Positions 60,610 to 64,000 of a DNA stretch of 64,000 nucleotides are shown in pieces. Source of the DNA: Dudresnaya verticillata (taxonomy: Eukaryota); assembly GCA_977862235.1 (NCBI GenBank), contig OZ374563.1, forward strand, positions 2,418,001 to 2,482,000, given 5' to 3'. The position numbers and the translations under genes were made by a program. Each line of letters opens with the position of its first letter. Positions within the stretch are counted from its first letter, which is position 1. A model generated the notes under the pieces. That model was not told where the DNA came from and made no database searches. It worked only from the letters and a program-made list of their open reading frames with translations.

Positions 60610-60781
60610 AGGGTGGCGTTGTCCGCTTCTCCTTTCCTGTAGGCTCGTATTCCTGCTTCCCCAGTTTTAAGTCTCTACCAAATTTCTTTTTGATCTACCC
60701 AAGCTTGGGTGTGTGACCCGTCGAGGCTGCTGTCCTTGGCGATTTGGGCATTGTTCCGGCTCGATGCGCCATACTACTGCA
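60610..60781 (+). mobile_element. Degenerate Gypsy LTR 3'-end fragment
   Basis: AAGTCTCTACCA...GCTGTCC...GCGCCATACTACTGCA resembles the LTR ends at 21825 and 60138. Confidence 0.6.
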
Positions 60782-62059
60782 TATTGCTGGCGAGTTCACA
60801 TGGGTTTTGACTAGAAGCAAGTACGAATGTCTCTGGGTTTAGCTAGTAAATGATTGCAAACATTAGAGCGTTACTAGAGAGGAGATTGGGCTCTTCTGGA
60901 GATTTGTCTTGTTGTGCGCTGTAGATAGGCAAGTCTGTGTGCGACTTTTTACAAGGAAGCGATGTAATATCGGTGTAGCGTGTTGAGGGTTGGTTGAGGT
61001 TGGCTGGGACCGTCTCCGTCGTCGTTGGATGCATGCTATTCAAACTGATACTGTAGCATTCGCCAAGCTGACTAATAAAAGCGGCAGGATAGTACAACAA
61101 AGGGCTGGACTCCGACCGCCGAGTGCAATTCTTGTTTGCTTAACGAGAATGAGATTTAAACAGTGGACATGTCCTGGGAGGACGACTGTCTTTTTCTCTT
61201 AAAAGAATGACTATATGGATGGCCAATACGAGGAAGTACGCGGCAAGAGAATGTGAGACACATGTGTATGTATCGGCATAAGGGTCGCGCATGGGTCGCG
61301 CTTTGCTCGCACAGGTCGCGCACTTGAGCGTGTTTTCGATAAGACTAGAAGAAGCTCTTCTTTAATACAAGTGATGCAATTTACAACGAGTTGCAGACTG
61401 CAACCTGCAGTCCTTTGGTCGGGTTTGCGGTATTTATACGTCCTTGTTGAGCAGGCTACCGCATGCCCAATGTCTATATTAGAGGACAACTTTTATTTTA
61501 ATGTAAAAAGCAACCCTGGGAAAGGGTCTAACTACCAAGACACATTGCAGAGTTGATATTGTGTTGTTCTGAACAGCAGTACAACCGTGTCTGTGTCTTG
61601 GCGTATTACACAACTACAATGCTTGTGTACTATGACAGTTTGTCTACAAGTTGAGTTGTTGCAAAGTGTCACAACAATCCGCTATTCAAAAGCAGGCACG
61701 GGCTTTGAGACCAGTAATATCGCAACGGTATGGTTTTCAGCAATAAAGTCAAGGCTGGGGTGAGCTGATATACAGTATTGAACGCACACTGTTAGGCCGA
61801 TTATTGACTGGAAATATTATAAGCCGTTCCTCCGATGGCCAAACACTGTTGGGGGACCGGAAGCGGAAGCCACTGTTATTACGGTTCAGTATGCAGAGAG
61901 TAGCGTACTGTAGGAGCAATCAGATTCAAGAGGGTTATTATGTTTTTAATTTTACTCTGCTACTGTACTACAGTATCTACCGAAATAAAAGTGCTGGCAC
62001 TACAGTACGGGGACGATTGCACGGCCCTGGGCCGTGGCACCCAGGGTGCGGCGGGTGTC

Positions 62060-62315
62060 AATCAACTATACTCAGCCAATAAACGGTGAGTATACTCACC
62101 AATTTACCGGGCCACGGGGATCCACGGCGCATATACTCACGCACTGATTGGCTGTAGGATACTGTAGAGTTCTTCACCATCCCACCAATCGCATCATTCT
62201 ATACTCACGGATTCTTACTTGGCAATAGCAGATAGGGTGCCGCTCCATATTCAATCAACACCACACCCGGCGCCGGGTGTGGCGGGTGTACACAGCCGGG
62301 ATGAGTATACTCGAA
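62060..62315. repeat. Clustered TATACTCAC / GTGAGTATACTCAC motifs
   Basis: Copies at ~62068, 62086-62099 (palindrome), 62132, 62200 and 62302. Confidence 0.6.
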
Positions 62316-62708
62316 CCGTGCGGCGCAGCGTAACGCGTGACGAGCTGACTCTGTAATGAAGACCGACCGACCGCCGCCGACATCGCGCCAAAATTTGGAT
62401 CCAGGATCAACATCTTTGATCCGTCGACGGGCAGGCCCCGTCGTTCGTCGACAAGCTGGCCCCGTCGACCGTCGGCGGCCTTATTTGCAGTGGCTCACCC
62501 GCCGCGCACCCGCCCGCCCGTTGTGCCACACCCCTCCATCAGCCTGCCCACCACTCTCACCGAGCGCGCACACCCCGTCATCGCGCTCACGTGGGTTCCC
62601 ATCGCGCGCCCTCCATCCACCCGCCCACCGCTCTCACCGAGCGCGCCCACAGCGCACACCCCGTCATCGCGCTGACCCATCGATCACCCTTTCCCTCCCT
62701 TCGTCACC

Positions 62709-64000
62709 ATGCAACCTAACTTTCCTTTCAGTCACAACCACAATGCCGGCTCCGGCATCCCGCTCAACCCTCAGGGCATACCACAGTATGTTCCAGCTTC
62801 TGTTGCTCAAGGGGCACAATAAGGTGCCCAGATTCCGCTTGGCAGTGCTTTTCCGCTGCACGCTACCGCTGCTGTCCACGTTCCGCAGATGCAAGGCATT
62901 CCGATGCAAACAAGCGCAAGCCCAGGTATACAAGTTCAAGGGCCCTCTACTGCACACTATAAAGTCAGCGGTAACATTCCGCAGTTCACGCAGCAGCCGC
63001 AGAACATTCCGCAGTTCTCGCAGCAGCAGAACGTTCCTTATCTCGGGCTTGGTTCTATGCACGCTCCAGGGTTTGCAGGTGCAGGCTTACAAGGTGTAAT
63101 CCTCCCGCAAGTCAGCACGGGATCATCACTACCGATGCCATTGCAAGGAATCACGAGCGGAACCCATACGCTAGTGAACAATGCCGATCTGTCGGCGATT
63201 GTTGCACGCTTGGGCGCAGGCTCTGGCGCTGCTGGCGCTGCTGGCGCCGCTGCTGGCGCCGCGGGCGCCGCCATCGCCCCGGGCGCCCCGGGCGCCGCCC
63301 CGGGCGCTGCTGCCCCGCCTGCTGCAGCTGCGGTGTCCCCAATGCCAGCAGCAGCATCTTCACGGATTGGAGATACGAACGCGGCAGGTGCTCAGCTCTT
63401 TGCAAACAATGCTCACCAGTCGATGGATAAGAAGAACGCGCGTTCCGGCGCCGCTGCTGTGGTTGACTACGAGTCGTTCCCCTTCCGTAATATGTTGGTT
63501 GTGGCAGCGGGCCGCATACAGAAACTGCAAGGTGATGATGGGCGTTTGCGCAATCTGTCCCATCACGAACGAGAGGTTGCCCGTCGCCGAGAGAGAGGTG
63601 CTCTAAAAGACGCGTCGCAGTTGCAGAAGGACTGCTTTCGTGATCAGATCATAGCCATCATTGCTTCTTACCCCCTTCTCGGGGATGGTAAGAGCGATCA
63701 CGAGCCGGCCAAAGACATCATCGATGCTATGAATAACCTTTCTACGAATGGATTTCCGCGGTGGTGGATGGACTATCAGGAGCACTTCCTCAATACGGAG
63801 TCGTTCAGATGGAAGTTCAGCTGGGTTTACCAGCAGTATCGACTGGAGGCGCTGGACTGCCTCCGTCATGTTCGCTTTCTGCATTGGGCACGGAAGTGCA
63901 TGGAGGAAAGTGAGACACAAGAAGAGCTTCACAAGCAGATCCGAGCTTCCCGATTGCAGCGTGAGAAGTTAATCGCGTTTGGTAATGCAGAGCAGACGCA
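62709..64000 (+). CDS. Unidentified ORF (Gln/Pro-rich, then Ala/Gly-rich N-terminus, then a globular-looking region); runs off the right edge
   Basis: Manual translation from ATG 62709 gives MQPNFPF..., an in-frame TAA at 62820, then an open frame to 64000 (next ATG 62889). Not in the ORF track because it has no stop. Confidence 0.55.

Noticed and set aside
62356..63099. 247-aa ORF from the track
   Set aside because: An alternative frame of GC-rich repeats; the frame starting at 62709 is longer and more protein-like.

Overview
Eukaryotic, intron-poor, ~50% GC DNA. The gene style and TE repertoire suggest a red alga (Florideophyceae); this is inference only. The first ~19 kb holds three intact-looking single-exon genes (secreted lipocalin, RING-CH protein, BTB/POZ protein), a degenerate MULE-like ORF beside a branched palindrome, a LINE remnant, and a very young but defective Ty1/Copia element (identical 270-bp LTRs, AGGAA TSD). 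From 19.7 to 60.8 kb there is a nested transposon island. It contains four partial or degenerate Ty3/Gypsy elements (chromodomain seen in two), about seven solo LTRs with 5-bp TSDs (mostly inside other LTRs and antisense to their host), a Tc1/mariner-type MITE, and a tandem pair of Helitrons with non-canonical TT...CTTG ends inserted at an A|T site in a Gypsy protease gene. The main candidate for an undescribed system is a conserved ~730-aa antisense ORF between integrase and the 3' LTR, present in three diverged Gypsy copies. It has no domain I recognise, but has SUMO-site-like motifs and a C-terminal SIM-like motif (EVIDLLSD), and in two copies it lies next to TGGATAGATG repeat arrays. An unidentified long ORF runs off the right edge.
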